Below are positions 29,528 to 41,193 of a DNA stretch of 64,000 nt, in pieces (the first letter of the stretch is position 1; every line of letters starts with the position of its first letter). The notes beneath the pieces are model-generated. The model saw only the letters and a program-made list of their open reading frames with translations, had not been told where the DNA came from and made no database searches. The stretch comes from an uncultured Chthonomonadaceae bacterium. Lineage in GTDB: Bacteria > Armatimonadota > Chthonomonadetes > Chthonomonadales > Chthonomonadaceae. The translations under genes were made by a program, and so were the position numbers. The stretch lies in NCBI GenBank assembly GCA_963817895.1, contig CAWFQB010000005.1, forward strand, positions 576,001 to 640,000, read 5' to 3'.

Positions 29528-30440
29528 TCAAAACCTCTTCTTTGCCAATGTCGCCATGCCGCGCCACCTGCCGGATCATCACCGTATCGCTGAACGTCAA
29601 GCGCCCCTGTGTCAATTCCGCCAGCGTATCCAGATACCCCAACACCGTATCATCATCCAATCGGAAAATGCGCCCCGGACTCCCCTCGCCGTACACGATC
29701 TCGCGCAGGCTCAAGGTTTCCTGATTGGAATGTCGCTCCTCCCAACAGTGCAGCAGCGCGTACACGAAAATCGCCGGGGGCAAACTCTCCTTCGGCTCCG
29801 TGTTGAAACGGTAGCGATCCCCCACGCTCAACAGCAAGCCCAGGTTCGTCAGCGGACAATCCAGCGACTCTTCCGCCGTTGACGCAGGCCCGCGCCGCCC
29901 GGTCACATACGTTCGCAAAAAGCAGTTCACATCGTTTTTCAGCGTAGTATCGGAAACCTGCCCCCACGTCCGTTCCGCCGCCACCCGCTTCAAACCCTCC
30001 ATCAAACTCTCGCGGGTAAACTCCGGTTCGCGCATCAGATTGAACGCCCAGTACCACGTCGTCGCCCGCCGCGCATTGGTAGCCAGATGCCAGTGCAGCA
30101 GCCAGAGCGTCCCCTCATCTTCCAGATACTTGTCGTACCCCGGTTCCAGAAACAACGACTTTCCCAACTCGGACGGCAGCAATGGCTTCGTTCTGTTGGA
30201 AGGTAACGCCCCCTCTTCCAGAACTTGCGTCGCCAGACACCAGTGCCGAATCGAGCGCACCATGTTTTTGCCCACGCCAAGCGTCACTATCGCATCATCG
30301 CGCCCGAAAATTTCCGGCTGCCGGGTAATGCCGTCCAATCCCTTTTTCAGCCACGCATAGCGAAAAGGAAACGTCTCGTGACCCGAAAACGACGGATGCA
30401 GGGAAAGCGAAGGCTGGGCCGTCAAACCCATCGAAGACAT
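29508..30440 (-). CDS. sspB: DUF4007 protein (SspB-like)
   Basis: FSGHETFPFRYAWLKKG, LGVGKNMVRSIRHW, D.YLED..TLWLLHW.L, LDCPL..LGL, SPGRIFRL. Confidence 0.88.
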   Translation of the reverse strand: MSSMGLTAQPSLSLHPSFSGHETFPFRYAWLKKGLDGITRQPEIFGRDDAIVTLGVGKNMVRSIRHWCLATQVLEEGALPSNRTKPLLPSELGKSLFLEPGYDKYLEDEGTLWLLHWHLATNARRATTWYWAFNLMREPEFTRESLMEGLKRVAAERTWGQVSDTTLKNDVNCFLRTYVTGRRGPASTAEESLDCPLTNLGLLLSVGDRYRFNTEPKESLPPAIFVYALLHCWEERHSNQETLSLREIVYGEGSPGRIFRLDDDTVLGYLDTLAELTQGRLTFSDTVMIRQVARHGDIGKEEVLNAYYTD

Positions 30441-30530
30441 AGAGGAATATCCTTAGTACGGCGCAATGCCGAAAATTTAGCGGTAACTGCGGGCGCATCC
30501 AAGCGCAAAAACGCGCCCGGATACACCCGC

Positions 30531-30560
30531 ATTATGACGTATAACCCGGATTTCCGTCAA
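30531..30560 (-). promoter_or_regulatory. Putative sigma70 promoter of the ssp-like operon
   Basis: Minus strand TTGACG-N18-CATAAT about 90 nt upstream of the DUF4007 start. Confidence 0.5.
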
Positions 30561-30597
30561 GCCAATTTGCGTAGAAATGCCAGCCCCGCGCATCTAA

Positions 30598-30680
30598 AAG
30601 CCTGTCTCAATAGGTTCCCCTTCTCCCAGGCTTTTTTGGGAGAAGGGGTTAGGGGTTGAGGGCTAATTGGAAAAGGCTGC
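30598..30680. mobile_element. Degenerate MITE carrying the CCCTTCTCCC/GGGAGAAGGG palindrome
   Basis: taa-aagcctgtctcaatagg...ctaattggaaaaggctgc-taa; interior nearly identical to 58757-58823. Confidence 0.6.
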
Positions 30681-31138
30681 TAAATTGAACACTCTGTCCC
30701 CGGCTTCTACCCTCATCTGTCATAAGCCACCAAAGTTCAAAATTTTTGCAAAACTTTCGCGAAAACTTCTTGAGGATACTTCTAAAAAAGTGGACGAATG
30801 TTAATATACGGGGTCTGCCAAATAGAATACTGTCCCCAAGTAACAAGGGAAGGAGGTGCAAAAAGATGCCAATTCACATCCGACAGCCTTAACCATTCGG
30901 AGGTCACGACGCCTCTTCTTACAACCTGACACAACGAGGCCGAGTGCTGGAAGCGCTGCATTGCCAATATTTCGACGACGCCTCTACATATTTCTCTCCC
31001 CATTTAGAGACATTTGCCCTGTACCGTTTCCTGTTTTCGCGTCCCTGCAAGCCGTATCGGGTATAATCAATCCCGAACCGTTGGCGCGAGGTGGCAATTC
31101 TGCCGCGTTCCGCCCCAACCACTTTGCCGCGAAAGAAG

Positions 31139-32578
<1,440 letters not shown>

Positions 32579-32678
32579 AAAACATTAGCCGCGAATGAAC
32601 GCGAATGAACGCGAATTATTAAGGATGAAGCCTTGCGCGCGGATTTCCGCGCAGGGTGCAATGAACTCCCACTCCGTT

Positions 32679-33617
32679 ATGACGAACGCAACTTTAATTC
32701 TTAACGCCTACGCGAAAATCAATCTCACGCTGGATGTGTTCAGCAAGCGGGCGGACGGCTACCATGACATTGCCAGCGTGATGCAGACCATTTCGCTGCA
32801 TGACACGCTGCATTTCACCCGCCGCGCTGAACCTGGCATCATATTCACCTGTGACGCGCCCGATGCGCCCGATGTGCCGACCGACGCCACCAATCTCGTC
32901 GTCCGCGCCGCCCAACTCGTCATCAACGCGGCGCAGGCAAACGGCCATGCAATTGAGGGCGGCATGGAAATCCATCTGGAAAAGCGCATTCCCTCGCAGG
33001 CCGGATTGGGCGGGGGAAGCAGCGACGCCGCCACAACCCTGCGCGGCGTCCCAACGGTTCTCGGCCTTGCCGATGCCGATTTGCCGCCCGATACTTTGCA
33101 TACATTGGCCGCGCAATTGGGTTCCGACGTGCCGTTTTTCCTGATGGGCGGCACGGCGGCGGCACGGGGCAGGGGCGAAAAACTGAGCGCGTTACCCGAC
33201 GGCCCTCCGCTGCCCCTTGTCATTGTCAAGCCTGACGAAAGCGTTTCCACAGGATGGGCGTACAACGCGCTCGATGATGCTCCCGACCGCAAATCGCACC
33301 GCGCCACCAAACGCATGGAAGAAGCCCTGCGCGGCAATGACCATGACCGCGTCGTGGCCTTCCAGAGCAACGATTTTGAACTGCCCATTTTCCAGCAGTA
33401 TCCCAAACTCGCGTGGCTGCACGACGACCTGATGATGGCCGGCTGTCAGATCGCCCGTTTATGCGGCAGCGGTTCCGCCCTGTACGGCGTTGCCGCCAAT
33501 ACGAAAGAGGCCGAGCGCATCGCCACCCTGCTGCGCAAAAAGTACCCGCGCGCCCACGCCGCCCATGCCATCCCGCGCGCCCGCGCCATTTCTCAACCTG
33601 CGGAGGTTACAGTATGA
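32679..33617 (+). CDS. ispE: 4-diphosphocytidyl-2-C-methyl-D-erythritol kinase
   Basis: AYAKINLTLDV..KRADGYH, KRIPSQAGLGGGSSDAA, LGSDVPFF, GSGSA. Confidence 0.97.
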   Translation: MTNATLILNAYAKINLTLDVFSKRADGYHDIASVMQTISLHDTLHFTRRAEPGIIFTCDAPDAPDVPTDATNLVVRAAQLVINAAQANGHAIEGGMEIHLEKRIPSQAGLGGGSSDAATTLRGVPTVLGLADADLPPDTLHTLAAQLGSDVPFFLMGGTAAARGRGEKLSALPDGPPLPLVIVKPDESVSTGWAYNALDDAPDRKSHRATKRMEEALRGNDHDRVVAFQSNDFELPIFQQYPKLAWLHDDLMMAGCQIARLCGSGSALYGVAANTKEAERIATLLRKKYPRAHAAHAIPRARAISQPAEVTV

Positions 33618-34462
33618 TAGACAAGGAGCAGATACGAGATACGAGATACGAGATACGAGAAGGAGAGGCTTCATCCCTCATCCTTCATCCTTCATCCTTG
33701 CCTTCCATCATTCTCGCCGGGGGCAAGGCCAAGCCGGACATGCAGGCGCTCACGGGGCAGAGCAACCGCGCGCTTGTCACCATCAACGGCAAGACCATGC
33801 TGCGGCATATCGTGGACGCGCTGCTTACGGCGGGCGCAGATGGACAGCCGCTCGGCCCGCTTGCCGTTGTCGGCGATGTGCCTTCGGACGAGAGTTATAT
33901 CGGCGTGCCGGACGCGGGCAATTTTGTCGCCAACGTGTTCGCCGGATTGTCGCAATTTGCCGACGCGCCCTACGTGCTGATCGCCACTTCGGATTTGCCG
34001 TTTTTGACGGGCCGGGTCGCCGGGAATTTCGCGCGGGACGGATTGGCTCACGCGCAGGCGCATGACAGCGACATCGTATGGCCGATTGTACCCGTCCACG
34101 CCTGCTATGAACGCTTCCCCGGCGTAAAGCGCACCGCCCTCAAACTGCGCGAAGGGGAATTTACCGGCGGCAATCTCGCCATTGTGCGCCCCGGTTTTCT
34201 GTTCACGCATGAGCGCCGCATCGCCGCCGCGTTTGCCGCCCGCAAAAGCCCCCTGAAACTCGCCGGTATGCTCGGCTTCGGCACTGTCGGGCGACTCGTC
34301 CTATCACAGAAACTGCATCCCAACCTGCTCACGATTCCGCTTCTGGAAGCCCGCGTCGGACGGCTGCTCGGCGGCAAAGCCAGCGCGTACATCTCGCAGG
34401 ACCCGGAACTCGCCACCGATTTAGATCGCCCCTCCGACTTCAAGGCCGTGGCGATTGGGTAG
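33614..34462 (+). CDS. MobA-like NTP transferase
   Basis: IILAGG, ALVTINGKTML, TSDLPFL, FTGGN, TDLD.P.D; ATGA overlap with ispE. Confidence 0.85.
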   Translation: MIDKEQIRDTRYEIREGEASSLILHPSSLPSIILAGGKAKPDMQALTGQSNRALVTINGKTMLRHIVDALLTAGADGQPLGPLAVVGDVPSDESYIGVPDAGNFVANVFAGLSQFADAPYVLIATSDLPFLTGRVAGNFARDGLAHAQAHDSDIVWPIVPVHACYERFPGVKRTALKLREGEFTGGNLAIVRPGFLFTHERRIAAAFAARKSPLKLAGMLGFGTVGRLVLSQKLHPNLLTIPLLEARVGRLLGGKASAYISQDPELATDLDRPSDFKAVAIG

Positions 34463-34576
34463 TGATTGGTGATTGATGACTGGTGACTGGTGGCTGGTTT
34501 CCTCATAGCCTCCTTCCATAAGTCTACTGGTTTCACCTGACTTATGAAAGGGGTCCAATGAAGCGGGGGTGGAGTT

Positions 34577-36235
34577 ATGCCGGGTTCGTCTCGCGAATAT
34601 ACGCTTGTCGCGTTGCAGCGGTTTTTGACAACGCCGCTGGAACCGCTGCTTGCGCGGTATGCGCCGCTCAATGTCAAACACAACTATCTGTTCGACAGCG
34701 ACCTTCCGCGCTTCGCCGCCGAACGCGCCGTCGGGCTGTTTCATCTGGTGGCAGAACATGTTCCGGCCTATCGCGCTTTTCTCCACGAGCAGAACATTTC
34801 GCCGTCTGACATCAAAACACTTGCCGATTTCGAGCAGTTGCCACCGCTTGCCAAAGACAACTACCTGCGCAAATATCCTCTGCCTGATTTGTGCCGCAAG
34901 GGACAACTGGAAGCCTGCGACATGATTGCCGTATCGTCGGGTTCCACAGGAACGCCCTGCTTCTGGCCCCGATTCGTCACCGATGAACTGCAAATCGCGT
35001 GGCGGTTCGAGCAGATTTTCCATGACAGTTTTCGCGCCGATGAGCGCAAAACCCTCGCGGTTATCTGCTTTGCATTGGGAACATGGGTGGGCGGCATGTA
35101 TACCGCGTCCTGTTGCCGCCATCTGGCCGCCAAAGGCTACCCCATTACCACAATCACCCCCGGCAACAACAAAGACGAGATTTTGCGCGTGGTGCAGGAG
35201 TTGGGCGGGTTTTACGAACAGGTTGTCTTGTGCGGCTACCCTCCGTTCCTCAAAGATGTGGTGGATACCGGAGTGGCGCGGGGCGTGGATTGGCCGCGCT
35301 ATCAGCTCAAGATGGTCATGGCGGGCGAAGTGTTCAGCGAGGAGTGGCGCGATCTCGTTGGCAGCCGCGTCGGTTCCGCCAACCCCTGCTACGACTCAGC
35401 TTCGCTTTACGGCACGGCGGACGCGGGCGTGTTGGGCAACGAAACCCCGCTTTCCATCTGCATCCGCCGCTTCCTGTCCGCCCATCCTCCCATCGCCCGC
35501 GCCCTGTTCGGCGAATCGCGCCTCCCCACCCTCGTGCAATACGATCCTTGCAGCCGCTATTTTGAAGTGTCACCATCATCTTATATTCCTGCTGTTGCTG
35601 AAGCTGCCCAACCTGATGCCTCCCCTTCTCCCAGGCTTTTTTGGGAGAAGGGGTTGGGGGATGAGGGCTACCCTCCTATCTTGCGTGGTCAACTTCTGTT
35701 TTCCGGCGACAACGGCATTCCGCTAATTCGTTACAACATTCTGGATCAGGGCGGCATTGTATCCTATGCGGACATGCTGGCGTTTTTGCGCGGGCATGGC
35801 TTCGATCCCCTCACCGCCCTTGCGGATCAAGAGCGGGGCGCGCGTCCCCTGCCGTTCGTGTTCGTGTTCGGGCGCAGCGACTTTACCGTTTCCTACTTCG
35901 GCGCGAACATCTACCCCGAAAACATTACGGTTGGATTGGAACAGCCCGAAATTGCTTCTCAGGTGACGGGCAAATTCGTGCTGCAAGTGGTGGAAGACGC
36001 GGACCGCAATCGCCGCCTGTCCGTCGTCGTGGAACTGGCTCCCGATATGGAAGACAAAGACATGTTGCGCGATTTGATTGCCGCTTCCCTGCGTTCTCAC
36101 CTGCTGCGCTTGAACAGCGAATTCGCCAACTATGTTCCCGTCTCTTACCAAACGCCCGACATTGCCCTGATGCCGCATGGCGACCCCGCGTACTTTCCCC
36201 TCGGCGTCAAGCACCGTTACACGCGCCAAAACTAG
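34577..36235 (+). CDS. Phenylacetate-CoA ligase-family (PaaK-like) adenylating enzyme
   Basis: SSGSTGTP, GYPPF, AGE.FSE, YGTAD, PLIRY, GRSD, GANIYP. Confidence 0.88.
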   Translation: MPGSSREYTLVALQRFLTTPLEPLLARYAPLNVKHNYLFDSDLPRFAAERAVGLFHLVAEHVPAYRAFLHEQNISPSDIKTLADFEQLPPLAKDNYLRKYPLPDLCRKGQLEACDMIAVSSGSTGTPCFWPRFVTDELQIAWRFEQIFHDSFRADERKTLAVICFALGTWVGGMYTASCCRHLAAKGYPITTITPGNNKDEILRVVQELGGFYEQVVLCGYPPFLKDVVDTGVARGVDWPRYQLKMVMAGEVFSEEWRDLVGSRVGSANPCYDSASLYGTADAGVLGNETPLSICIRRFLSAHPPIARALFGESRLPTLVQYDPCSRYFEVSPSSYIPAVAEAAQPDASPSPRLFWEKGLGDEGYPPILRGQLLFSGDNGIPLIRYNILDQGGIVSYADMLAFLRGHGFDPLTALADQERGARPLPFVFVFGRSDFTVSYFGANIYPENITVGLEQPEIASQVTGKFVLQVVEDADRNRRLSVVVELAPDMEDKDMLRDLIAASLRSHLLRLNSEFANYVPVSYQTPDIALMPHGDPAYFPLGVKHRYTRQN

Positions 36236-36287
36236 GCCCTCTAGCTCAATCTCAATCAACTTTACGTACAACATGCTTGCGCCTGAA

Positions 36288-36345
36288 AATTTGTATGACA
36301 AATTTCCTCGAACCTATTGACTATTCTCACAGCCTGTGTTAAAAT
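36288..36345 (+). promoter_or_regulatory. Sigma70 promoter with an adjacent AraR/GntR-like operator
   Basis: Palindrome AATTTGT-atg-ACAAATT (36288-36304); TTGACT-N17-TAAAAT (36317-36345). Confidence 0.65.
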
Positions 36346-36475
36346 TCATCCATAAGTTGCGTTTCTGATGCGATACCATGCGCAAAGGCAGCAACATCTA
36401 ACATTTTTGCCGCTTATTCTGGCGAACTCGAAAAGTGTAATTTACTTTTGCCCTGATTTTCCGTGAGGTCATCCT

Positions 36476-37650
36476 TTGGGTTCCACTCCTGCCTACATAC
36501 GCATCGCGGAACAGATCAAGACGGAGTGCCTGCAAAGCCGCGAGGTTGGCGCAGGCCAAAAACTGCCCACACAGGAGGAGTTGACTGCGCGTTTCGGCGT
36601 CAGTCGTTCCACCATTATTCGCGCGCTTTCCAAACTGATGGCGGAGGGGTATATCCACTCGCAGCAGGGCAGCGGCGTGTACGCAGCCGATTTGCCCCCG
36701 CGCGAAAGTGAAACGCGGCGTATCGGAATCATCGTTCCCAATCTTCACGCTACGGTTATCATGGCGGCCTGTCGGGGCGTGGAGCGGCGGGCGCGGCAAC
36801 AGGGCTATCAGGTGCTATTGGGGAGTTCGGAATTCGGGATCGCGCATGAGCAGGAACTGGTGGAGCAGCAGGCGCGGGCCGGGGTGGCGGGCATCGTCCT
36901 GTATCCCGTCACGCGGACGCGGGAGCAACTGGAACACGACTACCTGAAACAGTGGCCCCCATCCACGCCGCTTGTCGCGCTGGACATTGGCTGCGAAGAG
37001 TGGGCCTGTTCGCGGGTTCAGTTCGATAACTACCATCTGGGCTATGACATGACGCAGCATCTCATCCGGCACAAGCATCGTCAAATCGCGTTCATGCACA
37101 TACAGCCCGACTACCTCCATACTTCCATTCTGGATCGTGAAAAAGGCTGGCTGGCAGCCATGCGCGAAGCGGATTTGGAAATACCGGAAAGCTACCATGA
37201 CGCAGCCTGTTCCCAAAACGCGCGGTTTTGTCCTGCCCACGCCCAAATTCGCGCCCACCCATGCCGATTACGCTTCCTTTGTCGCGGATTTGTTGCAAAT
37301 GCGCCCGCGCCCGGACGCGCTGATCGCGTGGAATGATGTCGTGGCCGCGCACATCACGCAGGCGCTGAACAACAGCGGCGTTAAAGTGCCGGATGATTTG
37401 CGCGTCACCGGCTTTGACAACGACCCGCATCGTGACGCGCCTGTTCCGGCCTTTATTCCCTACTTCAAAGCCGGATTTCGCGCGGTTAGGGGAGTTGGCC
37501 GTAGACACGCTTATTGATCTTGCCGCGCAACGCTGGTCCGGCCCGCGCATCTACTATCACTCGGTTCCCGCCCTATGGCGCGAACCACACGCGAGTCTAT
37601 CGTCTGAAGCCCTTGCGCCCGCGTGGGATGAACTCGACAGCGCAATTTAG
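36476..37650 (+). CDS. GntR-HTH / LacI-sensor transcriptional regulator (AraR-like); frameshifted near the 3' end
   Basis: KLPTQEEL..RFGVSRSTI.RAL, QGSGVY; PDAL...ND, VPDDLRVTGFDN in another frame. Confidence 0.88.
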
Positions 37651-37748
37651 GAGATACGAGATACGAGATACAAGAAATTTATGGCGCAGAATACGCCATC
37701 TTTATTCGTTTAACACAAACTCGTATCTCGTATCTCGTATCTCGTATC
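37650..37748. repeat. Inverted pair of (GATACGA)n heptamer arrays
   Basis: gagatacgagatacgagata ... tcgtatctcgtatctcgtatctcgtatct. Confidence 0.85.
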
Positions 37749-37866
37749 TTCCTCATAGGAGGTGATGTTCGTTTCGTCGGTCTCTGAATTGCCTGTTTGC
37801 TCAATGCAGAGTGTCCATGCGTGAAAGGATGTTCCCCGGAACGCTCTTCACAACAAGGAGGTCATT

Positions 37867-38682
37867 ATGAATCGTAAAGGTTTTACCCTGATTGAATTGC
37901 TCGTCGTCATCGCCATTATCGCTATCCTCGCGGCTATTTTGTTCCCCGTCTTTGCGCAGGCGCGCGAAAAAGCGCGGGGCATCAGTTGCCTGTCCAACAC
38001 CAAGCAGATCGGGTTGGGAATTTTGATGTACGGGCAGGACTATGACGAACGCTTTCCCAGCGGCGTTCTACCCACCTCCGGCCCCGGCTTCAACGGCATC
38101 GGCTGGGCCGGGCAGACCTACGCCTACATCAAGAACGCCCAACTTTTCAAGTGTCCCAACGACCCCAATGACCCCACAACCGTCAATAATGTGGTCGTAG
38201 TTCCGGTCTCCTACGCCATCAGCTATCGTCCGCTCTTCTATCCCATCGCCTCGCTGCAAACGCCGGCAGACACCATTCTCGCGACAGAGGTATGGGGCGC
38301 GCTTACGGATGTTACCGACCCGCTGGAAACCAATTCCGTTCGCCGCTCCGCCTGTGACCTGAGCGACAACATCGTCTGGACTTCGCCGCCACAACGCACA
38401 TTCCAGTGCTGCACGTTTCCCACCAATCAGGTCTACTACGCGACGGGAGCCTTGCCCGCCGATCAGCCCTGGCCGTATGGCGGCACGCACTACGGTTCTT
38501 CCACGCTCAAGCCCGCCCACTCCGGCACAGGCTCAAACTACACGCTTGCGGACGGTCACTCGAAATTTGTTCAACCAACGCGCGTCGCCAACCGCTTCAT
38601 CAACCACAACGGCACCAACATCATTGACGGCAAGAAGTACCCTCAGTACCAAATCTACTATAACCCGGATACGGACGGCTAA
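37867..38682 (+). CDS. DUF1559 prepilin-type N-methylation protein with H-X9-DG motif
   Basis: [33 protein letters not shown]...[20 protein letters not shown]. Confidence 0.95.
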   Translation: MNRKGFTLIELLVVIAIIAILAAILFPVFAQAREKARGISCLSNTKQIGLGILMYGQDYDERFPSGVLPTSGPGFNGIGWAGQTYAYIKNAQLFKCPNDPNDPTTVNNVVVVPVSYAISYRPLFYPIASLQTPADTILATEVWGALTDVTDPLETNSVRRSACDLSDNIVWTSPPQRTFQCCTFPTNQVYYATGALPADQPWPYGGTHYGSSTLKPAHSGTGSNYTLADGHSKFVQPTRVANRFINHNGTNIIDGKKYPQYQIYYNPDTDG

Positions 38683-38695
38683 AGGAGACACAGAC

Positions 38696-38935
38696 ATGCC
38701 AAAATACACGATTCTGCTGTGCCTCGCCGCGCTGTCGCTCGGACTCGCCGGATGCGGTAAAAGTTCGGAAACAAAAGACATTGGGGACACGAAAACACGA
38801 GAAGCCGAAAGCAAAACCAAATTGATGGACGCTTTCAACAACGATCCCAACTATAAAGCGCGGAGCGGCACCTCGAATGCTGGCCCTTCTCCCCACATGA
38901 CTCCTCCCGGTTATTCAACGGGCGGCGCTCACTGA
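38696..38935 (+). CDS. Small lipoprotein accompanying the DUF1559 gene
   Basis: RBS AAGGAG; MPKYTILLCLAALSLGLAGC lipobox. Confidence 0.75.
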   Translation: MPKYTILLCLAALSLGLAGCGKSSETKDIGDTKTREAESKTKLMDAFNNDPNYKARSGTSNAGPSPHMTPPGYSTGGAH

Positions 38936-39231
38936 CAGGCCCATCGTTCTCTTGCAGGTGTGGATGACACTCCGCATCAGAAAACAAGCGTACTGCAAAC
39001 GTGGTATTGCGCAAAGTTGAAGCCCTTCGTTCGTTAATCTGCAAATCAGGCCGTACCCCTCAAAGTTTACTACTGGCGGCGCGGCCTGATGTGGCTGTTC
39101 TGTGTACTTGTTGTACAGCCTGTCCTTCTCAACTCCCTAAAACCAAAACCATTCCCATATCGTCAAAGAAGATGCTTGCAACACAAACGACGAGACAATG
39201 AAGCGCAACAGGGCAGGACAGGAAAAAACGG

Positions 39232-41193
39232 ATGCCGGAACCCGCAGACAATCGAATGCCGACGCGCTTTGAATCGGCAGTGTTTCAGGCCAAAGCGTTC
39301 GGCTTGCAGATGCGGCGCGGCTTGCAGGACCAGAGTGAGGGCGTCGCGTCTTTTCCGCGCCTGCCCACAGCAGATATTGTTTCCAATTACCCGGTTGTGT
39401 TTGCCGAATCACGGACGCCTTTGTACACGGAAGCCCATCCTGCCGAACAAAGACTTCAATTGGGCAAGGTACAGAATCTGCGATGCGCTGTTCGCAGGCT
39501 TAACGGCATGGCGTTGCCGGCAGGGGAAACGTTCAGTTTCTGGAAGCAGATTGGGCGCGCGACACGCGGGCGCGGCTATGTGGCGGGGCGTCAACTGCGC
39601 GAAGGCTGTCTGTTTCCGGCTATCGGCGGCGGCTTGTGCCAGCTTTCCAATGCGCTATATGACCTTGCGTTGAAAGCGAACGGCACAATAGTAGAGCGTC
39701 ATCCACACACGCGCATTGTGCCGGGGTCTGCGGCAGAACAGGGACGCGATGCCGCTGTCGCGTGGAACTACATTGATCTGCGTTTTCAATTTGATACACC
39801 TGTCTGTCTCGAAGCGATCTTAACCCGTGACGAATTGGTGCTGCGGTTGCGGGCTGTTGAGGATGGGGACAGAAAAGGAGAAGAGGAGAAAAGGAGAAAA
39901 GGAGAAAAAACCGTTTCTGCTTTCTCCGCCTACGCACCCGATCCCACAACAGCGAATTTTGTTCCTCTCTCGACTTTAACAACGGTTCGCCCGCGTCTTA
40001 CGGTAGAGGAGCATAGCTGCCTGACGTGTGGCGCGTCCGGGTGTTTTCGGCACAATTCCGATGAGGTAAAAGCCCTGCGCAATGCTGCCCACGTTGGCGC
40101 ATCGGCAGGGGCGCATCGCCTACCTCGCGCATGAAACGATGCCGGAACTGGCCGCGTATGTTGAGGAACAGCGTACCGCAAACGACGTGCTGATGCTGCC
40201 GCTGGACGGCGAACGCTGGAACAAGCCGCGCTACGCATGGAATACAAACAGGCTATGCGTCCATCGTCACCGCAACCGTTCCCACCCTGCTGCGGGCGTA
40301 TCGTTCCCGTTCGCTCGGCACGGATGGCCCTGCTCGACGACAGGCGCAATTGGCCGGGGCCGCGCAGTTGGCCGCGTATTATGCCAAGCGTATTCCGTGG
40401 GACGTGTCGCATATCGTGGTCGCGCAATCCCTGCTGCCGCTATTTATGGCGTGACGGGCATCTTGGCGGGCGGACGTTCGATGTGCTGATGCGCGGTTTA
40501 CCCATGCAAACATTGCAGGCGCGATTAGATGCCGCGTTTGCCGCCCACCCGGAACGAACGCTGCTGCGCGATTTTCGCGCCAATGAGTTGTTAGTGCAGC
40601 AGGAATGGGAAGCGTTGCAGGCGGCACGGCATATCGTTACGCCCCATGCCGACATTGCCGCGCTGTTTCCCGATCAGGCAACCCGGCTTCAGTGGCAGAT
40701 ACCGGTAATAACGGCAAACTCATCTGTGGCTGCAAACACGACTGTTGCCGTTCGAGGCGCGATTGCGTTTCCCGGCCCGACCCATGCCCGCAAGGGCGCG
40801 TATGAACTGCGCAATGTCGCCCGCGCCCTGAATCTGGAAGTGGTTTTACTGGTCAGTGAACTGGAGGGCGCGGATTTCTGGCAGGGCGTGACAACAAGGC
40901 GCGTGGATGCCCGTTCGGGAACCGATTGGCTGGAAGGCGTTTCGGTTGTCGCGCAACCCGCCCTTGTGGAAGAGACACCGCGCCGACTGCTGGAAGCGAT
41001 TGGGACGCGGCGTTCCCGTTATTGCCACGTCTGCCTGCGGTTTAGGAATTTGACCGGCGTGACAACCATTCCAGCCGGCAATGAGGACGCCCTTCGCGAC
41101 GCCATCATTCAAATTTGTTCCTACTCGCAGCCTGTACAAAAGTTGAGAGAACCACTTGTCCCTGTCCGTGACAATCTCCACGTACCAACATAG
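39232..41193 (+). CDS. VanW-family protein with a C-terminal glycosyltransferase-like region; frameshifted
   Basis: FSFWKQIG, GGGLCQLSNALY, ERHPH, DAAVAWNYIDLRF; downstream RKGAYE, VVAQPA, LLEA. Confidence 0.75.

Noticed and set aside
22921..30440. Calling the operon BREX type 4, DndABCDE or sulfate-assimilation cysH
   Set aside because: No PglZ, BrxL, DndD/DndE or cys genes; DUF4007 and PAPS domains are separate genes flanking a large ATPase, as in sspBCD.
38936..39231. Possible tRNA or ncRNA in intergenic gaps (also 30700-31090)
   Set aside because: No cloverleaf, T-loop/CCA pattern or recognisable Rfam motif by eye.
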